From Thermotogota bacterium (GTDB taxonomy: Bacteria; Bipolaricaulota; Bipolaricaulia; UBA7950; UBA9294), in assembly GCA_039679545.1 (NCBI GenBank), contig JBDKUT010000002.1, positions 1-37,358 on the forward strand: a stretch of 37,358 nt of DNA, written 5' to 3'. Numbering within the stretch: the stretch's first letter is position 1; the number at the start of each line of letters is the position of its first letter. Below the pieces are notes generated by a model. That model saw only the letters and a program-made list of their open reading frames with translations, had not been told where the DNA came from and ran no database searches. Position numbers and translations under genes: made by a program. Shown one piece after another: positions 16,573 through 25,040 of this stretch.

Positions 16573-16866
16573 CTACTTCTTGCCCGCGGCCTTCTTGGCG
16601 ACGATGTCCTTCAGGTTCTTCCCGGCCTTAAAAGCGGGAACGACCTTGGCCGGGGTCTTGATGCGCTGCCCGGTCTGCGGGTTCATCCGCGTCGTCGCCT
16701 TGCGCTTCCGGGTCTCGAACTTGCCGAACCCGGTGATGATGACCGGCTCATTCCTCGACAGCGCCTGCGTGACAACGTCCACGACGCCGTCCAACGCCGC
16801 CCGCGCGTCCTTCTTGGTGAGACCGGTCCCCTTCGCCAGCTTCTCGACGAGCTCTGCCTTGTTCAC
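16573..16866 (-). CDS. hup: DNA-binding protein HU
   Basis: MNKAELV, ITGFGKFE, NPQTG and PAFKAGKNLK motifs. Confidence 0.96.
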   Translation of the reverse strand: MNKAELVEKLAKGTGLTKKDARAALDGVVDVVTQALSRNEPVIITGFGKFETRKRKATTRMNPQTGQRIKTPAKVVPAFKAGKNLKDIVAKKAAGKK

Positions 16867-16899
16867 GTCGTACCCCCTTGGTATGAGAGTCTGAGGGTC

Positions 16900-16928
16900 A
16901 GTATAGCAACGAAGGTGCCGCTTGCCAA
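16900..16928 (-). promoter_or_regulatory. hup promoter
   Basis: TTGGCA-N17-TATACT with an extended -10 TG. Confidence 0.7.
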
Positions 16929-17141
16929 GTCTGTATCGCAGTGTACTCGGGGCTTTCCACGTCTGTAGCTAGGGTAACGCAGTAATCATAAGCATTTGCG
17001 TTCGCGCCGACGGAAACGTCCGCTCGATCCGGGAAAGCGCGGCTGTCCAGGTGGGGTCGCGGCAGGAGGCCTGGGCCTACGCGGGAGACGGGTTGATCAA
17101 AGGGGGCGGCAACCCTGACAGAGACCGAGCAAGAGCCGCCG

Positions 17142-18455
17142 CTACTTGAGTGCCGTGGCGAACGCGGACTCAAGGATGTCCATCCCCTCGTCGATCTGCT
17201 CGTCGGTGATCACGAGGGAGACGAGCACTCGGAGCACGTTGCCGTTCAGTCCCGCGGTCGGGAAGATCGCTCCCGTCCGTGTCGCGAGCGTAGCGATCCG
17301 CGCCGTCAGCTCCTTGGCCGGCTCCTTGGTCGTTCGGTCCTTGACCAACTCCATGGCGACCATGGCGCCGAGGCCGCGGACATCGCCGACCACGTCGAAG
17401 CGGCCGCCGATACGCTGAAATCCCTTGCGGATTCGATCCCCGACGTGGACGGCGCGCTCAAGGAGGCGGTCCTCGTCAATCGCCTTCAGGACCTCGATCG
17501 CGGCGCGGCAGGCGAGCGGGTTGCCGGCGTACGTGCCGCCGATGGCGCTTGGGATGGGGGCGTCCATGATCGCGGCGCGTCCGACGACGGCCGACAGCGG
17601 GAGCCCCGACGCGAGCGACTTCGCGGCACACACGAGATCGGGCTGCGCGTCGAAGTGCTCGAACGCGAAGAACTTGCCCGTCCTTCCGACGCCCGATTGC
17701 ACTTCGTCGAACGCGAGGACGAACCCGTACTTGTCGGCGAGGGCCCGCATCGATGGGAGGAACCACGGCGGCGGGACGAGGAAGCCGCCCTCGCCGATGA
17801 CCGGTTCGACCACCATGACGGCGACCTCGTTGGGATCGACCAGGGACAGAAGGGCCGACTCGATCTCCTCCGCCGTGACCTTCTTGCGGTATTCGTACGG
17901 ATAGGGGAGCCGGTAGACGTCGGACGCGAACGGGCCAAATCCGGTTTTGTACGGTCGCGCCTTGTGGGTCATGGTCATCGCGAGAAGGGTGCGGCCATGG
18001 AACGCGTTCTCGAAGACCAGGACGGCCTTCCGCTTCGTGTACGCGCGGGCGATCTTAACCACGTTCTCGACGGCCTCGGCGCCGCTGTTGAAAAACGCCG
18101 CCTTCTTGTCGCCGTCGATCGCAGTGCGGTCGCAGAGCATGTGTGCGAGGTCGACGAACGGCGCGTACGGAACCGCCGTGAAGTCGGTGTGCAGGAAGTC
18201 GTCGAGCTGTTCGCGCAACGCGGTGACGATTCGCTGGTTTCGCTGGCCGACGGCGAGGCAGCCCCAGCCTCCGGAGAAGTCGATGAAGCGGTTCCCGTCA
18301 AGATCCTCGATCAATGCCCCTTCGCTGCGCCGGATGATGAACGGCGCGTACGTGTCAAGCGGCGCCGCAACGTACTTCGCTTTGTCTGCGAACACGGCGG
18401 CCGACTTCGGACCGGGGAGATCCGTCAGAATTCGAGTGAACCGGCGTTCGACCAT
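17142..18455 (-). CDS. gabT: 4-aminobutyrate aminotransferase (class III PLP enzyme)
   Basis: FFNSGAEAVEN, FHGRT, EPVIGEGG, DEVQSGVGRTG, AKSLASGLPLS and GGTYAGNP motifs. Confidence 0.85.
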   Translation of the reverse strand: MVERRFTRILTDLPGPKSAAVFADKAKYVAAPLDTYAPFIIRRSEGALIEDLDGNRFIDFSGGWGCLAVGQRNQRIVTALREQLDDFLHTDFTAVPYAPFVDLAHMLCDRTAIDGDKKAAFFNSGAEAVENVVKIARAYTKRKAVLVFENAFHGRTLLAMTMTHKARPYKTGFGPFASDVYRLPYPYEYRKKVTAEEIESALLSLVDPNEVAVMVVEPVIGEGGFLVPPPWFLPSMRALADKYGFVLAFDEVQSGVGRTGKFFAFEHFDAQPDLVCAAKSLASGLPLSAVVGRAAIMDAPIPSAIGGTYAGNPLACRAAIEVLKAIDEDRLLERAVHVGDRIRKGFQRIGGRFDVVGDVRGLGAMVAMELVKDRTTKEPAKELTARIATLATRTGAIFPTAGLNGNVLRVLVSLVITDEQIDEGMDILESAFATALK

Positions 18456-18525
18456 GGCTCCTCCTAAAGGGTCGCGTCGGATGGTACCGAATGGGCGGCG
18501 CTGGCTCCAACGCGCCGGAGTGCGG

Positions 18526-19374
18526 CTAGTCGACGAGGACGATGCGCCCGGGCGGCACGAGGGTGACGCGGCAGTCGAGTCCCTCGTAGTGGCCCCCGGC
18601 GCGCTCGATCTCCCGCACCTTCGCCTTGTACCGGCTGGAGATGTGGAAGCAGACGAGTTCCTTCTTCACGCGGGCCTCGCGCGCCACCTGGATCGCCTCG
18701 GCGAGCGTCGCGTGCTTGTACTCCTTGCGGTCCTCCTCGTTGAGGAAGGTCGTGTCGTGGCAGAGGACCTCGGTGTCGGCGACGTAGGCGGGCCGCAGGG
18801 CGACGGAGTCGCCTCCGTAGGAGAAGAGCTTCTGGTCGTAGTTCTCGGTGACGGCGCCCTTTCCGTTCGCTCGCACGCGGGCGACGATCTCTGCCTGGGT
18901 CGCCCCGACGAGGTCTTGCCGAAGGCGATGACGGGACTCGACGACGTTGTAGCCCAGGGACTTCTCGTTGTGGACGTGGACCGTCGGGAACGTCTCGACG
19001 TACCGCGGGGTCTGACCTCCCACGAGTTCGACGCGATCGCCGGCGTCGAGGGGAATCCACTCGAGGGGATAGCTCAAGCGCCGGTTGGTGCGGGCCAGGA
19101 ACGCCATCATCTCGGTCACGAGGTAGTTGCCCTTCGGATAGTAGATGGACAGCTCCTTCTCCTTGTCCCCCATCGCGTTGTTGCGGATGTTGACGAGCCC
19201 GACGAGGCCGCCGATGTGGTCGGCGTGCCCGTGGGAGAGGAAGACGCGGCGGACGGCGAACGCCTTGTTGCCAAGGACCGAGCTGGCACCCTCGCCGGCG
19301 TCGAACAAGAGGCGGTCGGGGCTGTAGTACAGCCACGTCGAATACAGGGCCTTCGAGTAGAGAAGCACGTGCAT
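18526..19374 (-). CDS. rnz: Ribonuclease Z, Thermotoga (TM)-type
   Basis: SKALYSTWLYYSPDRLLFDAGEG, HGHADHIGG, NIRNNAMGDKEK, GDS, HDTTF and HISSRY closely follow the T. maritima tRNase Z sequence as I recall it. Confidence 0.85.
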   Translation of the reverse strand: MHVLLYSKALYSTWLYYSPDRLLFDAGEGASSVLGNKAFAVRRVFLSHGHADHIGGLVGLVNIRNNAMGDKEKELSIYYPKGNYLVTEMMAFLARTNRRLSYPLEWIPLDAGDRVELVGGQTPRYVETFPTVHVHNEKSLGYNVVESRHRLRQDLVGATQAEIVARVRANGKGAVTENYDQKLFSYGGDSVALRPAYVADTEVLCHDTTFLNEEDRKEYKHATLAEAIQVAREARVKKELVCFHISSRYKAKVREIERAGGHYEGLDCRVTLVPPGRIVLVD

Positions 19375-19509
19375 CGGAGGGTCCTCCCACCCTTGTCGCG
19401 GAAAGCGCGTCCAGTCCCGCACCGGCGCGCCGGCTCCGACGTGCCGGCCATTATACCGCGCGGCCGCACGCGGAGAAAGCCCGTGGGGATGGTGAAACGC
19501 GGGCCCGTG

Positions 19510-19538
19510 TTGCCGAAAACCCTTTCGTCTTCTAGAAT
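19510..19538 (+). promoter_or_regulatory. serS operon promoter
   Basis: TTGCCG-N17-TAGAAT. Confidence 0.65.
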
Positions 19539-19563
19539 CGCTCCAGAAATGGAGGGGACACGG

Positions 19564-20823
19564 ATGCTGGACATTCGGGAGCTTCGAGAGAAACCGGTGG
19601 AGCTGGAAGCGCGGCTGAGGACGCGGGACGCGTCCATCGATCTCAGCTCAATCCTCCGTCTTGACGAGCGTCGGCGGCGTCTGATCGGCGAGGTGGAGGA
19701 GCTGAAGGCCGAGCGCAACCGAGGTTCGCAGGACGTGGCGCGGAGGAAGAAGTCGTCGGAGAACGTCGACTCGCTCCTCGCGCGGCTCTCCCAGGTTTCG
19801 TCGCAGATCTCCGAACTGGACGGCGAGCTACGCGACGTCGATGCCGAGATTGACGCCATCGTGCAGCGGCTTCCCAACGTCCCCCACGCCTCGGTTCCCG
19901 TGGGCGCCAAGGACGCGAAGGTGATTCTCCGGACGTACGGAGAAGCTCCGAAGCCCGGGTTCACCGTGCGGCATCACCTCGACATTGCCGAGGAGAAGGG
20001 GCTCCTCGACTTCAAGCGGGCGGCGGCCATCGCCGGAGCTCGGTTCCCGATGTACATGGGGCGTGCGGCCCTGCTCGAGTTCGCGCTCCTGCAGTTCATG
20101 CTCTCCCACCACGCGCGCCGCGGGTACACGCCGGTGCTCCCGCCGTTCGTGGCGAACGAGGAGAGCTTTTTCGTTTCATCGCAACTGCCGAAGTTCGCCG
20201 ACGAGATCTACCACATCGAGAAGGACGGGCTGTACCTAAACCCAACCGCGGAGAGCCTGCTCGTCAACCTGCACCGCGGCGAGACGCTCGCGGCGTCGGA
20301 CCTGCCGAAGAAGTATGTGGCGTACACGCCGTGTTTCCGGCGCGAGGCGGGGACCTACGGCGAGGAGGAACGCGGACTCATCCGGATCCACCAGTTTAAC
20401 AAGGTCGAGCTGTTCAAGTTCACGACGCCCGAGACCTCGTACGAAGAGCTCGATGCGCTGATCGCCGACGCGGAGTCGGTGCTTCAGGCTCTCCAGATTC
20501 ACTACCGCGTCGCGCTCTTGCCGACCCAGGACATGGCTCAACAGGCGTCGAAGACCGTCGACCTTGAGGTGTATCTGCCGGGACAGGGACGCTACTACGA
20601 GGTGTCGTCGTGCTCGAACTGCGAGGCGTTCCAAGCGCGGCGCGGGAACATCCGCTACCGCCCGGGTGTTGCGGAGAAGCCGACGTTCGTGCACACACTG
20701 AACGGCTCCGGCCTCGCGACATCGCGCCTCGTAGCGGCGATCTTCGAGAACAACCAGACCGCCGACGGACGCATCCGAATCCCCGAGGTGCTGCGATCGG
20801 CGGTCGGGACGGACACGCTATGA
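19564..20823 (+). CDS. serS: Serine--tRNA ligase
   Basis: MLDIRELR, coiled-coil arm, PTAE, FRREAG, GLIRIHQFNKVE, EVSSCSNC and HTLNGSGLA motifs. Confidence 0.97.
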   Translation: MLDIRELREKPVELEARLRTRDASIDLSSILRLDERRRRLIGEVEELKAERNRGSQDVARRKKSSENVDSLLARLSQVSSQISELDGELRDVDAEIDAIVQRLPNVPHASVPVGAKDAKVILRTYGEAPKPGFTVRHHLDIAEEKGLLDFKRAAAIAGARFPMYMGRAALLEFALLQFMLSHHARRGYTPVLPPFVANEESFFVSSQLPKFADEIYHIEKDGLYLNPTAESLLVNLHRGETLAASDLPKKYVAYTPCFRREAGTYGEEERGLIRIHQFNKVELFKFTTPETSYEELDALIADAESVLQALQIHYRVALLPTQDMAQQASKTVDLEVYLPGQGRYYEVSSCSNCEAFQARRGNIRYRPGVAEKPTFVHTLNGSGLATSRLVAAIFENNQTADGRIRIPEVLRSAVGTDTL

Positions 20824-21572
20824 GCGAAGCCCTCGTCGTCGCGAGCCATCTGACGAAGGTCTTCCGAACCCGTCGGGGCGAGGTCCACGCGGCAGACGAC
20901 GTCTCATTCTCCTGTGCGGCGGGCGAGGTCTTCGGACTGCTGGGCCCGAACGGCGCCGGGAAGACGACGATCCTGCGGATGCTGGCGACGATTCTGACCC
21001 CCACGTCGGGGACGGCGACGGTCGCCGGGTTCGACACGAGAGTCGCTCCAGATCGCGTGCGTGAGAAGATTGGGTTCCTGGCAACGGAAACCGGGTTGTA
21101 CGACCGGTTCTCGGCGCGCGAGACCCTGCGGTTTTTCGGAAGCATCAGCGGCCTCTCGAACAACGAGATCGCGAAGCGAACGAGCGAGATCTTCGAAACG
21201 CTGGCGATGGAGTCGCTTGCTGATCGCCGGGTAGGTACCTTCTCGACCGGAGAGAAGCAGAAGCTGTCGCTCGCCCGAAGCATTCTTCACGATCCGCCGG
21301 TCCTCATCCTCGACGAGCCGACGTTCGGCCTTGACGTGATGGCCGCGCGGACGGTTGTGGAGACGATCAAGCTCTTCCGCGAGCAAGGACGGACGATCCT
21401 CGTCTCGACGCACATCATGCGCGAGGCGGAGAAGCTGTGCGATCGCGTCGCGATCCTGTACCGCGGGCGGCTTCATGCCTTCGGCACGCAGGCCGAGCTG
21501 GCGGCGCAGTACGGGAGTACCGACCTCGAGGACGTCTTCTTCGCTGCCGTGGAGCGCGAAGCCACCGCGTAG
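20820..21572 (+). CDS. natA: ABC exporter ATP-binding subunit (NatA-like)
   Basis: GPNGAGKTT, FSTGEKQK, ILDEPT and STHIM motifs; ATGA overlap with serS. Confidence 0.85.
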   Translation: MSEALVVASHLTKVFRTRRGEVHAADDVSFSCAAGEVFGLLGPNGAGKTTILRMLATILTPTSGTATVAGFDTRVAPDRVREKIGFLATETGLYDRFSARETLRFFGSISGLSNNEIAKRTSEIFETLAMESLADRRVGTFSTGEKQKLSLARSILHDPPVLILDEPTFGLDVMAARTVVETIKLFREQGRTILVSTHIMREAEKLCDRVAILYRGRLHAFGTQAELAAQYGSTDLEDVFFAAVEREATA

Positions 21573-21638
21573 GGGTTTCCTTCGGTGCGCGAATGTGTTA
21601 TTCTGAACAGAGAAAACGGACAGCCTAAGGAGGCGAAG

Positions 21639-23036
21639 ATGGGCAGGAAGGTCGCATTGGCGGTCGCCGTTGTTGCGATCGCCATCCTGTCTGCCGGTCT
21701 GGCGGGGGGGCAGGTCGGTGGAGGATTCCTCTGGTGGGGAAGCCATGAGCCAATCTACATCTACGGCGACGCGGACTTCACGTTCGCAAACGGCGTCCTC
21801 TCGGGAACTGGCGCTGAAGCGGACCCGTACGTGATTGAAGGATGGCGAATCGAGGCGCCGAACGCGGACTACGGGGTCTACATCGATCACACGACGCGGC
21901 ACTTCATCGTCCGCAACTGCGTGATGGAGCGGGCACGGATCGCCGGTGTGTACCTGAACTCCGTGACGAACGGGCGGATCGAGACCTGCCAGATCTCGCT
22001 GTCGGACACGGCCATCTGCTTCCTGAACTCGAAAGGGAATACGATCCGCGGGTGCGCGATCTCCGAGTGCCAGTACGGTGTCGTGATGGCCGCCGACTCT
22101 CGCGACAACGTCGTCGCGGGGAACAGCTTCTTCGAGAACGGCATCTGCGGCTCCGACCCCGAGCGGTGGAACCAGTGGTACGACGCGAAGGGCGGCAACT
22201 ACTGGAGCGACTACAAGGGACAGGACAAGAACAAGGACGGATTCGGCGACGAACCGTACTACCCCCTGTGGGACGCGAAGCCGTTGATGACGTCGCCCGT
22301 CGAGCGGACTGAAGTCCGAACGGCCGGCCCAAGTTACGCAGGGAACCTGGTCGCGCCGGACGGCTCGCTCGTTGTGACGTCTCAGACGCCGATCACGCTC
22401 CAATCCAAGGACCCAGGGAGCGGACTCGCCGAAATCAAGTACTCGATTGACGGCGGCGAGTGGAGGACGTACACGGGACCGATCTTCCTCACCGGTGACG
22501 ACGGTCCGCGGAAGGTCACCTACTACGGGATCGACCACCTCGGGAATGCGGAGCCGAAGAAGATGGCGCCGTTCCTGCTCGACAACCACACCCCGAAGAC
22601 CGTCCTCGACATCGGCGATCCGAAGCACAAAGATGAGCGCGGAACGTGGGTGACGTCGGCGACGCCGCTCTCGCTGCGGCGGACACAGGAGTCTACGTAC
22701 GGCCGAACCCAGACGTACTACCGCATCGACGGAGGGAACTGGCGCGTCTACTCGCTGCCATTCACCCTCGCGATGGCGGACGGCCCCCACGAGATCAGCT
22801 TCTACAGCCGAAACGCGTCGGGAGTCTCCGAAGCGATTCAAACCGTAGTCCTGTACAAGGACGACGCGCCCCCGAGCACGCAAGGAGCGCAGTCGGCGCC
22901 AACATCGTCCGTCGGAGCGACGGTCGCGACGACCCCCCCGGCCAAACCGGCGTCGGCCCCTGTGACGCCGGTTCAAACCGCTTCCACGACGACGAAGCCG
23001 GCCGAGCCTCAGACGCCGTCGAGTACCCAACCCTGA
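21639..23036 (+). CDS. Secreted right-handed beta-helix (NosD-like) protein with Ig-like repeats and a P/T/S/A-rich tail
   Basis: Signal peptide after an AAGGAGG SD; parallel beta-helix repeats ending GGNYWSDY.G.D...DGFGD.PY; two repeats with Y(S/R)IDGG.W..Y..P. Confidence 0.8.
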   Translation: MGRKVALAVAVVAIAILSAGLAGGQVGGGFLWWGSHEPIYIYGDADFTFANGVLSGTGAEADPYVIEGWRIEAPNADYGVYIDHTTRHFIVRNCVMERARIAGVYLNSVTNGRIETCQISLSDTAICFLNSKGNTIRGCAISECQYGVVMAADSRDNVVAGNSFFENGICGSDPERWNQWYDAKGGNYWSDYKGQDKNKDGFGDEPYYPLWDAKPLMTSPVERTEVRTAGPSYAGNLVAPDGSLVVTSQTPITLQSKDPGSGLAEIKYSIDGGEWRTYTGPIFLTGDDGPRKVTYYGIDHLGNAEPKKMAPFLLDNHTPKTVLDIGDPKHKDERGTWVTSATPLSLRRTQESTYGRTQTYYRIDGGNWRVYSLPFTLAMADGPHEISFYSRNASGVSEAIQTVVLYKDDAPPSTQGAQSAPTSSVGATVATTPPAKPASAPVTPVQTASTTTKPAEPQTPSSTQP

Positions 23037-23049
23037 TCGCGGTTCAGGC

Positions 23050-24246
23050 ATGCTGAAGAACGTCCGCCTACTCTTCGCGAAGGAAATGCTGGGTGCGGTG
23101 CGCGACCGCCGCACCCTGTTCTTGACCGTCTTTTTTCCCCTCATTTTCTATCCGATGGTCATGTCCGTGATGTCCCACTTCACGGAGAGCGAGCGGGTGC
23201 GGCTTGAGGCCCTCGTTCCCGTCGTCCTTATCGTCGACGAGGCGGGTGACAACGTCTTCTCCGAGCACCTCGGGCAGGTGAAGGACTTCTACGTCTCGGA
23301 GTACGAGACGGTCGACGAGGGCCTTGCCGCGCTTCACGACGAAGCGGGCCAGGTCCTTCTGACGGCGACCAAGCCGAGCGGCGGAGAAGGGTTGGGGCTT
23401 TCGATCACCCTCTACTACGACCAGTCGAACCAGATGTCAGTCCTCGCCGCGGGGAGCGTACGGCGGTTCCTTGAGGGATACCTGGAGACCGTCGTGCGTG
23501 ACAAGCTCGAGGCCCTCGGGATGAACTACGACGAGCTGTCGCCGCCGCTTTCCGTCAAGGCCGTCGACGTTGCGACCGGCGAGTCGGTCGGCCGTCTCCT
23601 GTTGAGCCGACTCCTCCCGTACTTCATGGTGCTCGCGATCCTTGCCGGAGCAATGGGCCTCGGCGCGGAGATCACAGCGGGAGAGAAGGAGCGGAGCACG
23701 ATCGCCACGCTTCTCGTGAGCCAGTTGTCGCGCACGGAGATCGTGCTCGGCAAGTTCCTCACCGTCCTCACGATCTCGCTCGTGTCGTCGCTTCTTTCGG
23801 CGATCGGCCTTCTGATCGGGATCCGCTACTTCGGGGGAGGGCTGACGGCGGGAATGTCGTCGGGCGCGGTCCTAAGCCTGAACGCGGCGTCGTTTGGATG
23901 GATGCTGGTTGTCCTTGTGCCGCTCGCCGTCATCCTGGCGGCGCTCGTGATCATCATTGGGAGTTACGCGCGGAGCCAGAAGGAGGCGAGCACGTACCTC
24001 CTTCCCATCTACATGGTCATCGTCCTCGTTGGAATGGTCTCGATGACCGGAGGCGCGACGTTCCGCGGGGCGGAGTTCCTGATCCCGGTGGCGAACGCGC
24101 TCTATGCGCTCCAGAACATCATTGTCGGCGACGTTGCGTTCGCCGATCTCCTTTACACGCTCATCGCGAACGTGGCCTGTGGTGCAATCTTGATCGCGCT
24201 CGCCGTGCGCCTCTTCAAGAGGGAAGCGGTGCTGTTCCGATCCTAG
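23050..24246 (+). CDS. natB: ABC exporter permease (NatB-like)
   Basis: FAKEM..AVRDRRTL, AGEKERSTIATLL, EIVLGKF, ARSQKEA and LFKREAVLF motifs. Confidence 0.88.
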   Translation: MLKNVRLLFAKEMLGAVRDRRTLFLTVFFPLIFYPMVMSVMSHFTESERVRLEALVPVVLIVDEAGDNVFSEHLGQVKDFYVSEYETVDEGLAALHDEAGQVLLTATKPSGGEGLGLSITLYYDQSNQMSVLAAGSVRRFLEGYLETVVRDKLEALGMNYDELSPPLSVKAVDVATGESVGRLLLSRLLPYFMVLAILAGAMGLGAEITAGEKERSTIATLLVSQLSRTEIVLGKFLTVLTISLVSSLLSAIGLLIGIRYFGGGLTAGMSSGAVLSLNAASFGWMLVVLVPLAVILAALVIIIGSYARSQKEASTYLLPIYMVIVLVGMVSMTGGATFRGAEFLIPVANALYALQNIIVGDVAFADLLYTLIANVACGAILIALAVRLFKREAVLFRS

Positions 24247-24254
24247 CCGATGCC

Positions 24255-24339
24255 GGCTTGTGGCATGTAGCCTGTGGCGCGTAGGTGAGTCGCGGTTCAA
24301 GCAGGCAGCTTCCACGGGCCACAAGCCACCTGCCGCGGG
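24255..24339. repeat. Mirror-arranged degenerate heptamer arrays with a 10-bp inverted repeat between convergent natB and smpB
   Basis: GCTTGTG GCATGTA GCCTGTG GCGCGTA ... CCACGGG CCACAAG CCACCTG CCGCGGG. GGCTTGTGGC (24255) and GCCACAAGCC (24318) form a perfect inverted repeat. Confidence 0.55.
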
Positions 24340-24352
24340 CCGCTCACGCGAG

Positions 24353-24817
24353 CTACACGCGGTCGCCGCGGGAGAAGCGCTTCATGGCTTCTTGGGCGTC
24401 CCGCTTGGCTTGGTCGTCTCGGAGCTTCTGGCGCTTGTCAATTTTCGTTCGCCCGCGCGCGAGTCCAAGCTCGACCTTGGCGAAGCCATGCTGGAAGTAG
24501 ACCTTGAGCGGAACGAGGGTGTACCCGCGCTCTTTAAGCTTGATCGTCAGCTTTCGCAGCTCCTGACGGTGGAGGAGGAGCCGCCGGTCGCGGACCGCGT
24601 CGAGGTTGGCGAACGAGCCCTCTTTGTAGGGGGCGATGTGGACTCCCTTGAGGATCGCTTCGCCGTCCCGAACGACCGCGTAGCCCTCCTGCAACGAGCA
24701 GTGGCCGGCGCGGAGGCTCTTGACCTCCGGACCGGTCAACACGAGGCCGGCCTCGATCGTGTCCTCGATCGAGTACTCGTGCCTGGCTTTGCGGTTCGTG
24801 GCAACGGCGGTGGACAT
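24353..24817 (-). CDS. smpB: SsrA-binding protein SmpB
   Basis: NRKARHEY, EAGLVLTGPEVKSLR, RRLLLHRQE, GYTLVPL and DKRQ motifs. Confidence 0.97.
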   Translation of the reverse strand: MSTAVATNRKARHEYSIEDTIEAGLVLTGPEVKSLRAGHCSLQEGYAVVRDGEAILKGVHIAPYKEGSFANLDAVRDRRLLLHRQELRKLTIKLKERGYTLVPLKVYFQHGFAKVELGLARGRTKIDKRQKLRDDQAKRDAQEAMKRFSRGDRV

Positions 24818-25040
24818 GATGCGCAAGGCTACCGGTCGCGCGGCGTCGAAGCAAGCGTCGGCGCACGCTTGGGCGCCGTGCAGTCGGCCACGGACACGCG
24901 TCCTCTTTCCGGGCGACAGAGATGCGAGGCGCCGCGGACGGGGCTCTCGCCTTGCTTCGAGGGTCGAACCTATACTCGCCACCGGAGCAAGTCATGCTAT
25001 GAACGTGTTCCTTCCTAGAGAGCTGTACAGGAGGACGAGA

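Noticed and set aside
16898..17173. Possible tmRNA (ANANAYDY resembles a tag peptide; smpB is in the window)
   Set aside because: There are no tRNA-like 5'/3' ends or T-arm, and the peptide does not end in an ALAA-like stop.
17947..19563. Apparent 539-aa N-terminal extension of SerS
   Set aside because: It overlaps gabT and rnz on the opposite strand; serS has its own promoter, SD and typical MLDI start at 19564.
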